DNA from: Promethearchaeia archaeon
GTDB taxonomy: Archaea; Asgardarchaeota; Lokiarchaeia; Sigyniarchaeales; SOKP01
Direction of reading: 5' to 3'
DNA length: 64,000 bases
Assembly (NCBI GenBank): GCA_029856155.1
Contig: JAHQWL010000083.1
Coordinates: 38,514 to 102,513, forward strand
Made by a program: the position numbers and the translations under genes. Positions 10,688 through 21,805 of the stretch are shown one piece after another (position 1 is the stretch's first letter; each line of letters starts with the position of its first letter). The notes under the pieces were generated by a model that had not been told where the DNA came from, did no database searches, and was given only the letters and a program-made list of their open reading frames with translations.

Positions 10688-11031
10688 GAATCCGATAACC
10701 TTTGTACTTTGTTTTCTAATGTATAATAAATAAACTAAAATATATTATTTAATATAATAGATTTGTTATTAAAATTTATAGAATCCGATAAAATTCAAAG
10801 AATTTAGAATTTAAGATTATCGTTAATAAAAATAAAACATACTCATGATTCATTCATTTTAAAGAAAGATCAAATATCATTTTCCCTTGAGGGTTAGAAA
10901 TTGCACTCTTATTTTTTATTTTGATTTATTAATTAAAGATAATAAGGAAATAAAATTTTAAAAATTAAAATCATTATCATTAATCAAGTCCTCAACGGGA
11001 AACATACTAGTAAAAAAAGAATTTTATCATC

Positions 11032-11174
11032 GCAGGAGTTGCCAAGCCTGGTCTACGGCGCTAGAATATTGTACTTTTGTGCTTTTATGGCGTTACTGAG
11101 GTTCTAGTGACATAGGTCTTCGAAGGAAATATCTCCTCGACCTAAATTCGTGGGTTCGAATCCCACCTCCTGCA
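11032..11174 (+). tRNA. tRNA-Leu(GAG) with two introns (30/31: 11065-11094; variable arm: 11119-11146)
   Basis: Acceptor GCAGGAG/CTCCTGC; spliced anticodon arm CTAGA CTGAGGT TCTAG; BHB helices CGCT/GGCG and TAGG/CCTA; 85 nt after splicing. Confidence 0.92.
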
Positions 11175-11416
11175 TACTATACTTTTAAATAATAGAATTG
11201 AATCTGTAGAAGTATTGAAAGAAAACATTGAAATCCCTAAATTTTTATATTAATACTTATTGAATTAAAACGTGGATTTGTCAATTTTAATTTTAAAAAC
11301 TTATTTTATTTAACTTAATATTATGATATATTTGATTTCTATAGCAGAACCATTTAAATTGAGATCCATTTTTCTAATTAATAAATAATAATAAAATTAA
11401 ATAAAATATTCTATAA

Positions 11417-12646
11417 GTGATTTTGATTTCAAGTTTACACTTAAAAAATGCCCCAAACACAATGAAGCACATAAATGCTTTGGCTTTTAACCGAACAGCT
11501 TCATCTACTGGAGAGACAGAAGCATTAAATTATATAGCAAACGAATTAGAACAGAATAATATTAAACCAGAAATTGAACATTTTAATTGGACAGGCCCAC
11601 TGAAAATACTTATAAGAGTGAGTTATATTCTTATAATTATCAATTTTTTAGTTTTCCGTATGATCCTAATTGTCATAGCTTATTTCATTCTAAAAAATAT
11701 GTCTGCAAAATTACGTAATATTTCATTTATAAAGACAGAGAAATCAAAAAATATATTTACGTTAATATCCGCTAAAGAAAAAGCACCTAATCGACCATTA
11801 GTTATAATTACTGCTCATTATGACTCCGTTTCTGCAAATCTTCCTTTTAATTTGCAAGTTATTATCTTTTTCATTTATAGACTGATAATTTTTTTTTATG
11901 GAATAATCTTTTTTGTATTTATAGCAATATTTATACTCAATATTTTTGCATTAATCTCTTTCTCTCAGTTTATTATAACTGCAATAGCTTTTACTTCAAG
12001 TAGTGCGATATTTATTTCAATTCCCATCTTATATTTAGTATTTAGAGACCATCCGTCGTCAGGATCAATCGATAATGCAAGTGGAGTTTCTATATTAATT
12101 GAATTGGCAAAGGTTTTCAAAAAAGATCCTCTTGAAAGTACAGATATTCTGATTTTATGGCCTGGAGCCGAAGAATGGGGTTTAAAGGGCACAAAAAAGT
12201 TCTGTAAAACACATTTTAGAAGTCTTAACCAGATATATGATCTTGATAAATCCTTTAATATTAATATTGATATGATTGGCAGTTATATTGGGCTTTTAAA
12301 TAGATCTGGTTTGTTTAGAAAAAAAATAAATCGAAATTTAAATGAAATTTTTGGAGTAATAGCAAAACAATTGAATATTCCCCTAAATATATATAACAAA
12401 ACTTTTAAACCCAACAGTGACTATAAAACCTTCAAGAAATATGCTAGAAAAGTGAGGAGTAAATTTCAAGTAATGTGCTTTCATTCAAGTAAGGATTCAA
12501 AATATATACATTCGTTAAGAGATACACCTGACAAATGTTCTTTAGAAAATCTAAATGGGTGTTTAAATATATGTCATCACGCATTAAGAAGTATTGATTT
12601 AAGTATAGAGGATGTTAAAAAAAGTCAGATAGCTTATGCTGTTTAA
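11417..12646 (+). CDS. Membrane-embedded M28-family metallopeptidase
   Basis: TAHYDS, DNASG, GAEEWG, NIDMIG, SDY and IHS..D motifs, with inserted TM helices. Confidence 0.85.
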   Translation: MILISSLHLKNAPNTMKHINALAFNRTASSTGETEALNYIANELEQNNIKPEIEHFNWTGPLKILIRVSYILIIINFLVFRMILIVIAYFILKNMSAKLRNISFIKTEKSKNIFTLISAKEKAPNRPLVIITAHYDSVSANLPFNLQVIIFFIYRLIIFFYGIIFFVFIAIFILNIFALISFSQFIITAIAFTSSSAIFISIPILYLVFRDHPSSGSIDNASGVSILIELAKVFKKDPLESTDILILWPGAEEWGLKGTKKFCKTHFRSLNQIYDLDKSFNINIDMIGSYIGLLNRSGLFRKKINRNLNEIFGVIAKQLNIPLNIYNKTFKPNSDYKTFKKYARKVRSKFQVMCFHSSKDSKYIHSLRDTPDKCSLENLNGCLNICHHALRSIDLSIEDVKKSQIAYAV

Positions 12647-15600
12647 TTTTTGGATTATTCGTTAGACTTTCTACGTATTCCTCAATTAATTCCATACTTT
12701 GTTTTGTATAGTTATCTAGATTAAATATTTTAACTAAACTTAAGGCTCGAGGAATGTATTTTTCAATACCCCCGCGATTTACTGTTAATATTATTCTATT
12801 TCCGCATTTAGGGCATTTAACGCCGTTTGATAAGGGAGGACGCCTGTATTTTTCATTGCATTTAACACAACGAAAATTTTGGACTGAAAATTTTCTTAAA
12901 TTACCAAGAATATCTGGATTGAAATGAGTAATTAATATTTTTTCAGCTACTTTCTTTGCATTAACAGGTTTGATGATTTTTGCAAGTTGTAGTTGAGCTT
13001 CAATCTTATCATCCATAGTTTCATATAATTTGTAGGCAGTAGTTTTAGGGCCTTCATTAATATCATCAGTTGGAATATTATAACCAATATTTTCATACTG
13101 TTCTGCTGTACCTAAACGATTTTTAACTAGGTTCATTATTGGTTCTATTTCTGATGGCGAACAATACCGTTCAGTTGCTTCATAAAACCCTAAAGGATAT
13201 TTAAATAATGTATCTATATTATGTGCTTCCACATCAATCTCATTAGGGTCAATCTTTGTACCAATTACTAAAGTTGCATCCATCCGACCTCCTATTTTAC
13301 TTGGAAGATAATGTCTGGAAAAATTTAATAAAGGATCTAAAAGTAACATAACCCCGTCTTCATCCCCATCACAATTTCTTCTCTTTGCAGCATGCCAATA
13401 AGGATGGGCATAAATTGATCGAGCTGGAGTAAACCCAATTATTCTCCCTATAATTCCAGCACTCGTATGAGGAGCTAAACCCACAACTAAATGTCCTATT
13501 AAATCTTCTTTAACGGATACATTATAAAAGCACTTCAGTTTATAAAACAACTCTAATTCTTCATCTAAGAACTTTGCTACTTTTATAAAATATTTAGCAC
13601 AATCATCAGATAGAATCACATCTTGAACTTTCAGTTCTAAAACTTGATTTTCATTATTGAGAGGATCTTTATACTGATCGGTCTCATATCCTAATTTTTT
13701 TAATGTATTAATTGATGTACCAATTTCATTTGGCTTGAAATGAGTTAACGGTATATCTGTCGCATCATATCTTATCTCAGCTGTTTTATAAACTAAAACC
13801 TCATTTTTTGCTCTTAGGATTCCTTTTTCAAGTGGTTCTGGAACTTTATATTCATTACTTAATCCAATAATACCTTTTATTTTTTTAGGTAATTGCATAT
13901 TAAATGCTTTTAATATTGAGTTTACATATTTTTTCATGTTAAATTTAGCTTCACTTGAGGTTTTAAGAGTCTCCTGGCACTTTGAGCATTTTTCCTCAAA
14001 TGTTGGATATAATAATTTGCATCGTGAACAGATTTTTTGTAGTTCAGTATGAGCTCCACAAGCCGGACAAATATTAAAGATGCCCGACATCCCACAATTC
14101 ATACATTTTTTTCTGCATACATCGATTCTGACTTTACCAGTTTCTACAACGTTATTTTTATTACTAAAATTGGATGCCGTCCTTTTTTTAGATCCAAATT
14201 CATTTTCATTGTTTTTTTTAATATTAGATACTATAGCTTTTTCAAGTAACCTTGAACTGCCAACAACATCACTTAAAGGAAATAATGTATGAACCCCTTT
14301 CATACTTTTTCTTTCTGATTTTTCTGGTCTTCCCATACGTGAACCCATATAATATGGTGCCTTATTTTTTATTTTGAGTGAACAATTCTTATAAAAATAT
14401 TTGAAAACATCATCATTCTTTTCAATTTTTATAGGGTTTTTATCTTTTAAGTTAAAAATTGTTTTATAAATGAGACTCATTGTTTTACTAAATACTATTT
14501 TATTATCTTTTACTCTATGACATACAAATGCTTTTTCTAAAATTTTTTTTATCGATTTCTCATAATTTAACTTGATATTTCGTTCAGATTCAGAGAAACT
14601 CTTAATTAACGTAGTTCGTAATAAATCCAATTCTTCTAATGTAATATTCCCCCAGAAATCCAAATATGCAGGATGTAAGGGAATATCAAATCTTTTTGAA
14701 ATTTGAATTGCTTCCTCTGCTGTAGGAATATTTTTAAAAGGATTTTTAATAAATAATTGTAGTTGCTTATCACTTTTTTCTAGGTTAATAACAGATTTTT
14801 CCAATTCTAAAGCCCACCACTCTTCTACATATCCAGAGGGTATTAATAGATGGTTATTTTCGGTAAATTCACCATATCCAAACAATATATCGCCAATAAA
14901 TAATATTTTTTTAATTTCAGGAAAAATCTGCTTAGCTTTTTTGATGCTTGAGACTTTTATTACATCTCCATTTTTCAGTTTTACTATTGGCGGTTCAATC
15001 CCATCCACGGGACATATACTTGTACTTTTTCCTGGACGTTCAATTCTCAATTGTGTTCCAATTGCTACAAAATCATCTAAAACAGCCATTGTGGCCGGAT
15101 GCATCCCTCCTGCTGCTAATCCTGTATTTCTAGATCGCCCATATCTTATTCTATGCCCGCCTACTTCTGAAGGATGGCTGAAAACTGGTCGCCCTGCAAT
15201 AATATCAGCAACAAATTTAGAATTTGGGGTGATTTTTGCCTCATTTTTTTTCTCACTTTTTTCTTCTTTCTCTTGTTTATCTTGTTTCTGAGCAATTTTT
15301 TTTAATTCCTCAAGCCAGTCCCAACCCTCTAATTTCATAGCCTTAGCAATCTTAAGTAATTTTGGTGCTTTAAGAAGAATACCATCGTTTAAAACCAAAC
15401 AAGCGCCCCCTCTAACGTTATTTGTTTCAATCCTAGGTAGATCCCTAAATGCAGAAACTTCTTCGTCTTCAGTTGCATCACCATTTATTTCTACTGGTAG
15501 TCGATTCACAGCATATCGAATTTCTTGGTTAGATGAAGGGTATTGTAAATGTACTATTCTGTCATATAATTTAACCTCCTCAACATATCTACCAATTTCA

Positions 15601-16136
15601 GCTTCAGATGCTTCATATTTCGGAATATTTGATTTTTTTCTTACATAATCAGCAATCAGTACACAAAGTGCAGCGGTTGTTCCCCCGGCAGCTCGAATTG
15701 GTCCTGCAAAGTAGAGAGATAGATACTTTCTGCCAAAATTATCTTTTCGAATTAAAATTTTAGAAATTCCTTCAAGTGGAGCACTTACAACACCCATTGT
15801 TTTGATAGCTAATCCTATTCTTATTGCTCTATCTACTCGAGCCCCTAAAGAATCAATTTTACCAATTTTTTTATCTAAAATATCAGCAACTACTTTGAAT
15901 ACAAGCTCATCCTCAGTCAATCCTTTTATTTTTAAATCCCGTATTACATCTGCAACACCCAATGGCCCTACAAGTTTTTCTACTCGTCCAGCTAAATCTT
16001 TTGCTTGGGGAGATTCCACCTCTAATTCAGGATCGAAGCCTTTTTGCCGTGCTTGCTCAGCAATTGAATAGCATTCATTAACTTGCTTTTGAATTTGATT
16101 AAAGTATATTTCCATAGCTCTACTCATGTCTGACAT
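12615..16136 (-). CDS. polC: DNA polymerase D large subunit DP2
   Basis: YFAGPIRAAGGT, RYGRSRNTG, HAAKRRNCDGDED; C-terminal zinc finger. Confidence 0.98.
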   Translation of the reverse strand: MSDMSRAMEIYFNQIQKQVNECYSIAEQARQKGFDPELEVESPQAKDLAGRVEKLVGPLGVADVIRDLKIKGLTEDELVFKVVADILDKKIGKIDSLGARVDRAIRIGLAIKTMGVVSAPLEGISKILIRKDNFGRKYLSLYFAGPIRAAGGTTAALCVLIADYVRKKSNIPKYEASEAEIGRYVEEVKLYDRIVHLQYPSSNQEIRYAVNRLPVEINGDATEDEEVSAFRDLPRIETNNVRGGACLVLNDGILLKAPKLLKIAKAMKLEGWDWLEELKKIAQKQDKQEKEEKSEKKNEAKITPNSKFVADIIAGRPVFSHPSEVGGHRIRYGRSRNTGLAAGGMHPATMAVLDDFVAIGTQLRIERPGKSTSICPVDGIEPPIVKLKNGDVIKVSSIKKAKQIFPEIKKILFIGDILFGYGEFTENNHLLIPSGYVEEWWALELEKSVINLEKSDKQLQLFIKNPFKNIPTAEEAIQISKRFDIPLHPAYLDFWGNITLEELDLLRTTLIKSFSESERNIKLNYEKSIKKILEKAFVCHRVKDNKIVFSKTMSLIYKTIFNLKDKNPIKIEKNDDVFKYFYKNCSLKIKNKAPYYMGSRMGRPEKSERKSMKGVHTLFPLSDVVGSSRLLEKAIVSNIKKNNENEFGSKKRTASNFSNKNNVVETGKVRIDVCRKKCMNCGMSGIFNICPACGAHTELQKICSRCKLLYPTFEEKCSKCQETLKTSSEAKFNMKKYVNSILKAFNMQLPKKIKGIIGLSNEYKVPEPLEKGILRAKNEVLVYKTAEIRYDATDIPLTHFKPNEIGTSINTLKKLGYETDQYKDPLNNENQVLELKVQDVILSDDCAKYFIKVAKFLDEELELFYKLKCFYNVSVKEDLIGHLVVGLAPHTSAGIIGRIIGFTPARSIYAHPYWHAAKRRNCDGDEDGVMLLLDPLLNFSRHYLPSKIGGRMDATLVIGTKIDPNEIDVEAHNIDTLFKYPLGFYEATERYCSPSEIEPIMNLVKNRLGTAEQYENIGYNIPTDDINEGPKTTAYKLYETMDDKIEAQLQLAKIIKPVNAKKVAEKILITHFNPDILGNLRKFSVQNFRCVKCNEKYRRPPLSNGVKCPKCGNRIILTVNRGGIEKYIPRALSLVKIFNLDNYTKQSMELIEEYVESLTNNPKIKQHKLSDFF

Positions 16137-16376
16137 AAACTGACCTATTTTTAAAATTGAAAAAAACTAATTTAATAAAACTTAGAATTAATATTCTTAT
16201 TTTTATGAATTAAATTAAATTCATTTATTAATCAGCTATTTCATTTATAAAATTATAGAGAATGCTAATTTTCTACACTCTTTGCTTATAAAAATAAAGA
16301 TGTTTTTCCTTTAATAATAAATGATTTATTTAATTTCCTCAATAATTATTATAATTCCATTTTAGATTGTAGAATA

Positions 16377-18170
16377 TTGAAAACCGATATTATAAGTGAA
16401 AAAAAAGTCATTATCAAAGAATTGGTCAATTCTGGCATCAATATAACACCATCAATTCTAGATTTTCTTATAAATTTAGAGGAACCCTTAAAGAAAGTAA
16501 AATTAATTATTAAAAATGTTAGTTTTCTCCCTAATTTTGATGGTCATTTAACAAAAGATATTTTAAAGAAAATTTCAAACGAAGAATTAAGCAAGTCATT
16601 AAAAACAGTCTTATTAAAAGAAGTAAGTTCAGAAGCAATTCAAGACAAAGATTTAAGAGAAAATGGTAAAACTGAGTTGCTAAACCCACTAAGTATGATA
16701 GATAATGAAAATTTCAACACAAAAACTCATGAAAAATCTGAAGATGCAGTTCAACTTAAGAATCAATTAGAAATTAATGAGGATCCCCTATTCTTAAATA
16801 ATCTTAATAACGATTCGCTTAAAATCATGAAGAAGAATACCCTAAAAGTTACTCCTTTTGAAAGTTCGAAATCAACGGTAGGATTTAAGCCAATAGCAAA
16901 AAATTTTGACTTTCATTATGAAATTTTAAAAGATCCTACTGGAAAACTCTATACCAACGGAGCCTATGAAGATTTTTACAATTTAACTCTGGATAAATTC
17001 AATAAACTTCGGAATCTAATCAAAAAAAGACCAGAAGTACTTTCAGCTAATAATATTAACAATATTTTAAGATTAACTACTAAAGTAGAAGTTTCTGCGA
17101 TAGGAATGGTTAATCAAATTCGGAAGACTAAAAACGGTAATTTTTTTTTAACATTGGAAGATCAAACTAATTTGGTTAATATCATAATTCGTAAAGATTC
17201 AGAAAACCAAGATGTTGTAAAAATAGCGGAAAGAACTCTTAATGATCAAATGATTTATATCGAAGGTACTTACAATCCAGGAGAAAGAGGTAAAAGTGGG
17301 ATAATTTATTGCAATTATATATCAAAAATTGATATCCCAAGGAATAATATACCAAACAAATCATCAGATCCTTTATCAATTGTTTTGATTTCTGATACTC
17401 ACATCGGTAGTAAAGAATTTGAAGAAAAATTATGGAATAGGTTTATAGATTTCTTAAATGGGAAAATAGGAAATAAGAGTCAAAGAGATCAAGCTGGGAG
17501 AATTAAATATATAATAATAAATGGTGATCTCGTTGATGGTATCGGAGTATATCCTACCCAAAAGGATGATCTTAACATACCGGATATCTATAACCAATTT
17601 AATAAAGCTGCAGAAATGCTTTCAAGCATTCCAGATTATATAAAAATTTTCTATAGCTCAGGAAACCATGAACCAGTAAGGAATGCAATTCCTAGACCCG
17701 CGGTACCAAAGAAATATTCAGCAGAACTTATAAATAGTGGTGTTATTTGTATAGGAAATCCCTCACTTATTCAAACGCACAATGTAAATACATTAATTTT
17801 TCATGGTGATAGTATTCTTGATTTAAATATGCTGATACCAGGTTTAGAAAACAATAAACCAGTAGAAACAATGAAAGAACTCTTGATATGTAGACATTTA
17901 GCTCCAATATACGGAAAGAAAACTCAAATAGCACCCACAAATAAAGATTGGCTTGTAATTGATAATATTCCAGACATCTTTCACACAGGACATATTCATA
18001 TTAATGGAATGGATTATTATAATAATATTGCATTAGTTAATTCTGGTTGTTTTCAAAGTCAAACAGATTTTATGAATTCTTTAGGAATACATCCAACTCC
18101 CGGTATTTTATCTATAATTGATTTGGATACTTTAAAAGGAACTCAATTAGATTTAAAAAATAATGGTTAA
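16377..18170 (+). CDS. polB: DNA polymerase D small subunit DP1
   Basis: OB fold plus phosphoesterase motifs SDTHIGS, GDLVDG, GNHE, HLAP, TGHIH. Confidence 0.96.
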   Translation: MKTDIISEKKVIIKELVNSGINITPSILDFLINLEEPLKKVKLIIKNVSFLPNFDGHLTKDILKKISNEELSKSLKTVLLKEVSSEAIQDKDLRENGKTELLNPLSMIDNENFNTKTHEKSEDAVQLKNQLEINEDPLFLNNLNNDSLKIMKKNTLKVTPFESSKSTVGFKPIAKNFDFHYEILKDPTGKLYTNGAYEDFYNLTLDKFNKLRNLIKKRPEVLSANNINNILRLTTKVEVSAIGMVNQIRKTKNGNFFLTLEDQTNLVNIIIRKDSENQDVVKIAERTLNDQMIYIEGTYNPGERGKSGIIYCNYISKIDIPRNNIPNKSSDPLSIVLISDTHIGSKEFEEKLWNRFIDFLNGKIGNKSQRDQAGRIKYIIINGDLVDGIGVYPTQKDDLNIPDIYNQFNKAAEMLSSIPDYIKIFYSSGNHEPVRNAIPRPAVPKKYSAELINSGVICIGNPSLIQTHNVNTLIFHGDSILDLNMLIPGLENNKPVETMKELLICRHLAPIYGKKTQIAPTNKDWLVIDNIPDIFHTGHIHINGMDYYNNIALVNSGCFQSQTDFMNSLGIHPTPGILSIIDLDTLKGTQLDLKNNG

Positions 18171-18209
18171 TTATTCTTCTTAAAATAAATATGAACTAAA
18201 AAAAATCTT

Positions 18210-18890
18210 ATGAATTTTGCAATTCCTCGTAATGATAATTCAGAAATGTTATTATACATTTGGAAAATAATAGATCTCCCGTTTATACTAATTGAAGATT
18301 TAATTTACAGAATTGCATTTGATTTATTTATATTACCACCTGAAAGGGCAAATTATTTCATTATAAATTGTATTAAAAATAAACTCCTTATCAAGGATAA
18401 TAATTTCGTTAGATTATCAGAGGAGTTAGACCAAAGGTTAAAAAATTGGCAAAAGAAAAGAGAAAATGAAATATTAGGGAAAATTAGTACTGCTAAAAAA
18501 GTTAATCATTTAAAAAATGATATTGATAAAAAACATTCGTCTAAGTTCAGTATTTTAATCAATGCATTTGTAGATAAAGGAACTCTAAATAGATCTGTAA
18601 CCATTTCTGATGCTGCATTTGAATTTTTAGAACATGATCGCTCAAAAGGACTTATCACATCAAAAGTCACAGGTACAAAAGAAGAATCTTATTTTATAGA
18701 AATAGATACGAATAAAAAGATCTTACGGCACAATTGTCATGATTTCGAGGAAAGAAGAGCTCAAAATAAGAAGTTCTGTAAACATATAACAAAACTTTTC
18801 TTACTATTAAAAGAGAAAAACCATGATTCCGCTGAATTTTTTCTTAATCAATTAGCTGAAGAAATAGATAAATGGGAATTTACTAATTAA
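18210..18890 (+). CDS. wHTH plus SWIM-type zinc-finger protein
   Basis: C-terminal HNCHDF...FCKH SWIM-like motif. Confidence 0.65.
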   Translation: MNFAIPRNDNSEMLLYIWKIIDLPFILIEDLIYRIAFDLFILPPERANYFIINCIKNKLLIKDNNFVRLSEELDQRLKNWQKKRENEILGKISTAKKVNHLKNDIDKKHSSKFSILINAFVDKGTLNRSVTISDAAFEFLEHDRSKGLITSKVTGTKEESYFIEIDTNKKILRHNCHDFEERRAQNKKFCKHITKLFLLLKEKNHDSAEFFLNQLAEEIDKWEFTN

Positions 18891-20194
18891 ATAAGCTTTT
18901 TAAATATGTTGTTTTTTAATTTAACTTTATCGGTTTGTAAAAATACTGGTTTATAATTCATAATACCATGAATTTTGTCAATCTTTGATAAAACATTTTC
19001 TATTAGTTCCATACCAATATCAAATTTAATTATTTTGGTTCTTCCATAATGTCCCATAGATTTAACCTCTGCTGATATTATTCCTGCTAATGATAACTCG
19101 TTAATATAATCACTAATTCTCCTTTTTGTTAATTGTCTAACTCCTGGTATCAAACCTCTAATCTCTGAGTGAACATCATAAATATCTCCAGAAATAATAA
19201 CATAATCCGGACTAAATCTTGAAATTAGATAAATTGATGCAATAATCAATTGAGCTTGGAGTGGCATACCTTTTATGTACTCCATAATGTGATCATTTTC
19301 TAAATCTCCTTGAGCTTTTTCTACATGCTTAGCTGTGACAATTTTGTTTTGATCTCTTTCAGCTAATTCACCTGCCTTCCTTAATAATTGTAGTGCTTTT
19401 CTAGCATCTCCATTTTCTTTTGCAGCGAGAGCAGCACATAAAGGAATAACTTCTTCCTTTAAAACACCATCCTGAAAAGTTATTTTAGCTCTTTCAATTA
19501 AGATATCTCTCAACTCACTTGCATCATAAGATGGAAAGACAATATGTTCCTCACCTAAACTCGATATTATTCGAGGATCCAAATTCTCTCTGAATTTCAA
19601 TTTATTCGATATTCCAATGATACTCGTTTTACTATTATCTAAGTTTTCATTTAATCTTGTTAAATCGTATAAAATTTCATTTCCACCTTTTTTATCAACC
19701 AAAATATCAATTTCATCTAGAACCAAAAAGCAAATTGAATTACCAACCCTCGAATCTAATAACCCAAGCAATTTTTTAAAGATTATATCCTTTGGAAGCC
19801 CAGTGGGGGGAATCTTCTCCTTTCTCGAAATAGTGTTGTAAATATGAGCTAAAATACGATAAGGTGTTGAAACTACATTACAATTAATATAAATCCACCA
19901 TGGTTTAATTTTTGAGTTCTGTTGCGCTAACTTTTGACTTACATACCTTATAGTTGCTGTTTTCCCCGTTCCTGTCATTCCATAACATAAGAAACTGGGG
20001 GGGGTATCTCCTAATAAAGCACAAGCAGTCTTTTCTGCAATATTTTTTATCTGAGTATCACGATGAGGTAATTCTCTTGGAATGTATGATGATTCCAAAG
20101 CATCTCTATTTTTAAAAATTCTTGGACCACTAAGATAGTTTTTATAAAATTTATCGATATTGAATTGAGGATTATTATTATGATTTTTCAACAA
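18887..20194 (-). CDS. cdc6: Orc1/Cdc6 replication initiator
   Basis: YIPRELPHRD, GMTGTGKT, VLDEID, GDARKAL; C-terminal wHTH with GHYGRT. Confidence 0.96.
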   Translation of the reverse strand: MLKNHNNNPQFNIDKFYKNYLSGPRIFKNRDALESSYIPRELPHRDTQIKNIAEKTACALLGDTPPSFLCYGMTGTGKTATIRYVSQKLAQQNSKIKPWWIYINCNVVSTPYRILAHIYNTISRKEKIPPTGLPKDIIFKKLLGLLDSRVGNSICFLVLDEIDILVDKKGGNEILYDLTRLNENLDNSKTSIIGISNKLKFRENLDPRIISSLGEEHIVFPSYDASELRDILIERAKITFQDGVLKEEVIPLCAALAAKENGDARKALQLLRKAGELAERDQNKIVTAKHVEKAQGDLENDHIMEYIKGMPLQAQLIIASIYLISRFSPDYVIISGDIYDVHSEIRGLIPGVRQLTKRRISDYINELSLAGIISAEVKSMGHYGRTKIIKFDIGMELIENVLSKIDKIHGIMNYKPVFLQTDKVKLKNNIFKKLI

Positions 20195-20229
20195 TTAAGA
20201 CACCATTGCCCCATTATTTTAATAAAAAT

Positions 20230-20244
20230 GTTTCCACTCGAAAT
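20230..20244 (+). promoter_or_regulatory. Mini-ORB-like Orc1/Cdc6 binding site
   Basis: GTTTCCACTCGAAAT resembles the TCCAnTnGAAA ORB core; 35 bp upstream of cdc6, next to a very AT-rich tract. Confidence 0.5.
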
Positions 20245-20524
20245 TTTAAGATATATTCAATATTTCAATTGCATATTTAAAATTTTTTATTAATCTTTAA
20301 TTTAGTAGAAAAATGTTAAAGCCTTAATAGCTAATTTTGATGAATCTTTTTAATAATTTATAATATTATTGTCGGTATTTTAAAAGAATATTATTTATGA
20401 AGCAATATTTATTAATTTCTCATTAATAGATTTTTCAATTAAAAAAAATTTAATTCAATTAAATATATGTTTAATTAATTATATTGTTTGTAAAAAAATA
20501 AACCAAATATAGTAAAATTGAGCA

Positions 20525-21286
20525 TTGCCAGCCGAAATTGAAATTGAAAAAAATCATAAAAAGATTGCTATAATCCTAGCTATTATTTTTGCATGTTTAA
20601 TCTTAGCAAATTTCCTAATTATAGCTTTAATCTTCAATTGGGCCGATTGGATTGCTTTATTAATTTTTAGTCTTCTATTCATTGTCCCTGCATATATTTC
20701 AAATGCTTCGATGGTTATCACTGGTGGAGGTAAACCCATTGATGGTGGAAGAACATTACGGGATGGTAGGCGACTTTTAGGGGACCACAAAACTTGGAAT
20801 GGATTAAAGGGCCCATTATACATTGGAATTCCGATCTCTTTTTTGATATTTCTTCTTTTCAATTTATTATGGGAACCAATAAAGGATGTTATTATTGACG
20901 CGGGTGCTCAAGGACAATATATACTTTATAGCGATATTAGAATTTTTGAATATTACTTCATAGGTGGAGAATTCCCAATCAACTTCCTCGTTTTAATTAT
21001 AAGAATTATATTAGCTTCATATGGTGCTGTAGCAGGTGATTTAATTGGTTCTTTTCTGAAAAGAAGATTTGATATCAAAAGTGGAGCACCTTTCTGGATC
21101 GTAGATCAGTTAGATTTTGCTTTAGTAGCATTATTCTTTGTTTCAATCCCTGGATTAATATCACCAACTCTCTTCTTGCTTCCCGATATCTATATTATAA
21201 TATTTCTTATAATACTGACTCCCGCAGTTAGTATTATCGCGAATACAGTAGCTTATGTTCTCGGTCTAAAAGATGTTCCTTGGTAA
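20525..21286 (+). CDS. carS: CDP-archaeol synthase
   Basis: PAYISN, GGGKPIDGG, GDHKTWNG, GDLIGSFLKRR, DQLDF, GLKDVPW. Confidence 0.95.
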   Translation: MPAEIEIEKNHKKIAIILAIIFACLILANFLIIALIFNWADWIALLIFSLLFIVPAYISNASMVITGGGKPIDGGRTLRDGRRLLGDHKTWNGLKGPLYIGIPISFLIFLLFNLLWEPIKDVIIDAGAQGQYILYSDIRIFEYYFIGGEFPINFLVLIIRIILASYGAVAGDLIGSFLKRRFDIKSGAPFWIVDQLDFALVALFFVSIPGLISPTLFLLPDIYIIIFLIILTPAVSIIANTVAYVLGLKDVPW

Positions 21287-21304
21287 TATAACTGTAAATT
21301 GATT

Positions 21305-21805
21305 TTAATCCTTAAATTTACATTTGATTTGTAATGGAGTACTACGGTTTTCAAAAACAACATAATTTTTAAAGATTTCATTTACTGCTCTAATATAATC
21401 TCCGTTACGACCGATCGCAATCCCTCTTTCTTTATAGAATAAAAAATATATAGATATTTCTCTCCTCCCAGAATCATTATCAGATTCTATTTTTATATTA
21501 TCAATATTCAAATCGGGGAAGAAACTGAAAAGTAAATTTATCAGAATTCTCTCTGTCCTTATGATTAAAATCTTTCTTTTGGTGATTTCCCTTCTTATAG
21601 AGTCTAAACACATTTTAGCACTAAAATAATTGTCCTTTTTAATAAAAAAGAAGATAAACTGATTGATTACCACTATAAATTCTGGATATATACCTTTTGT
21701 GCGAGAGTAAAAATATTCTCGTAATTTAAGCTCAAAATTTTTATATTTCTTAATAAATGATAACAACTGATAAAATATCAAATCATCCGCAATCGTATAG
21801 AACAT
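21305..21805 (-). CDS. NusA-like KH-domain protein (divergent)
   Basis: RGIAIGRNGDYI is a KH GxxG loop. Confidence 0.6.
   Translation of the reverse strand: MFYTIADDLIFYQLLSFIKKYKNFELKLREYFYSRTKGIYPEFIVVINQFIFFFIKKDNYFSAKMCLDSIRREITKRKILIIRTERILINLLFSFFPDLNIDNIKIESDNDSGRREISIYFLFYKERGIAIGRNGDYIRAVNEIFKNYVVFENRSTPLQIKCKFKD

Noticed and set aside
14130-14230. Intein or in-frame intron in DP2 (Asn/Lys-rich insertion)
   Set aside because: No intein terminal motifs and no hairpin seen; probably a variable loop
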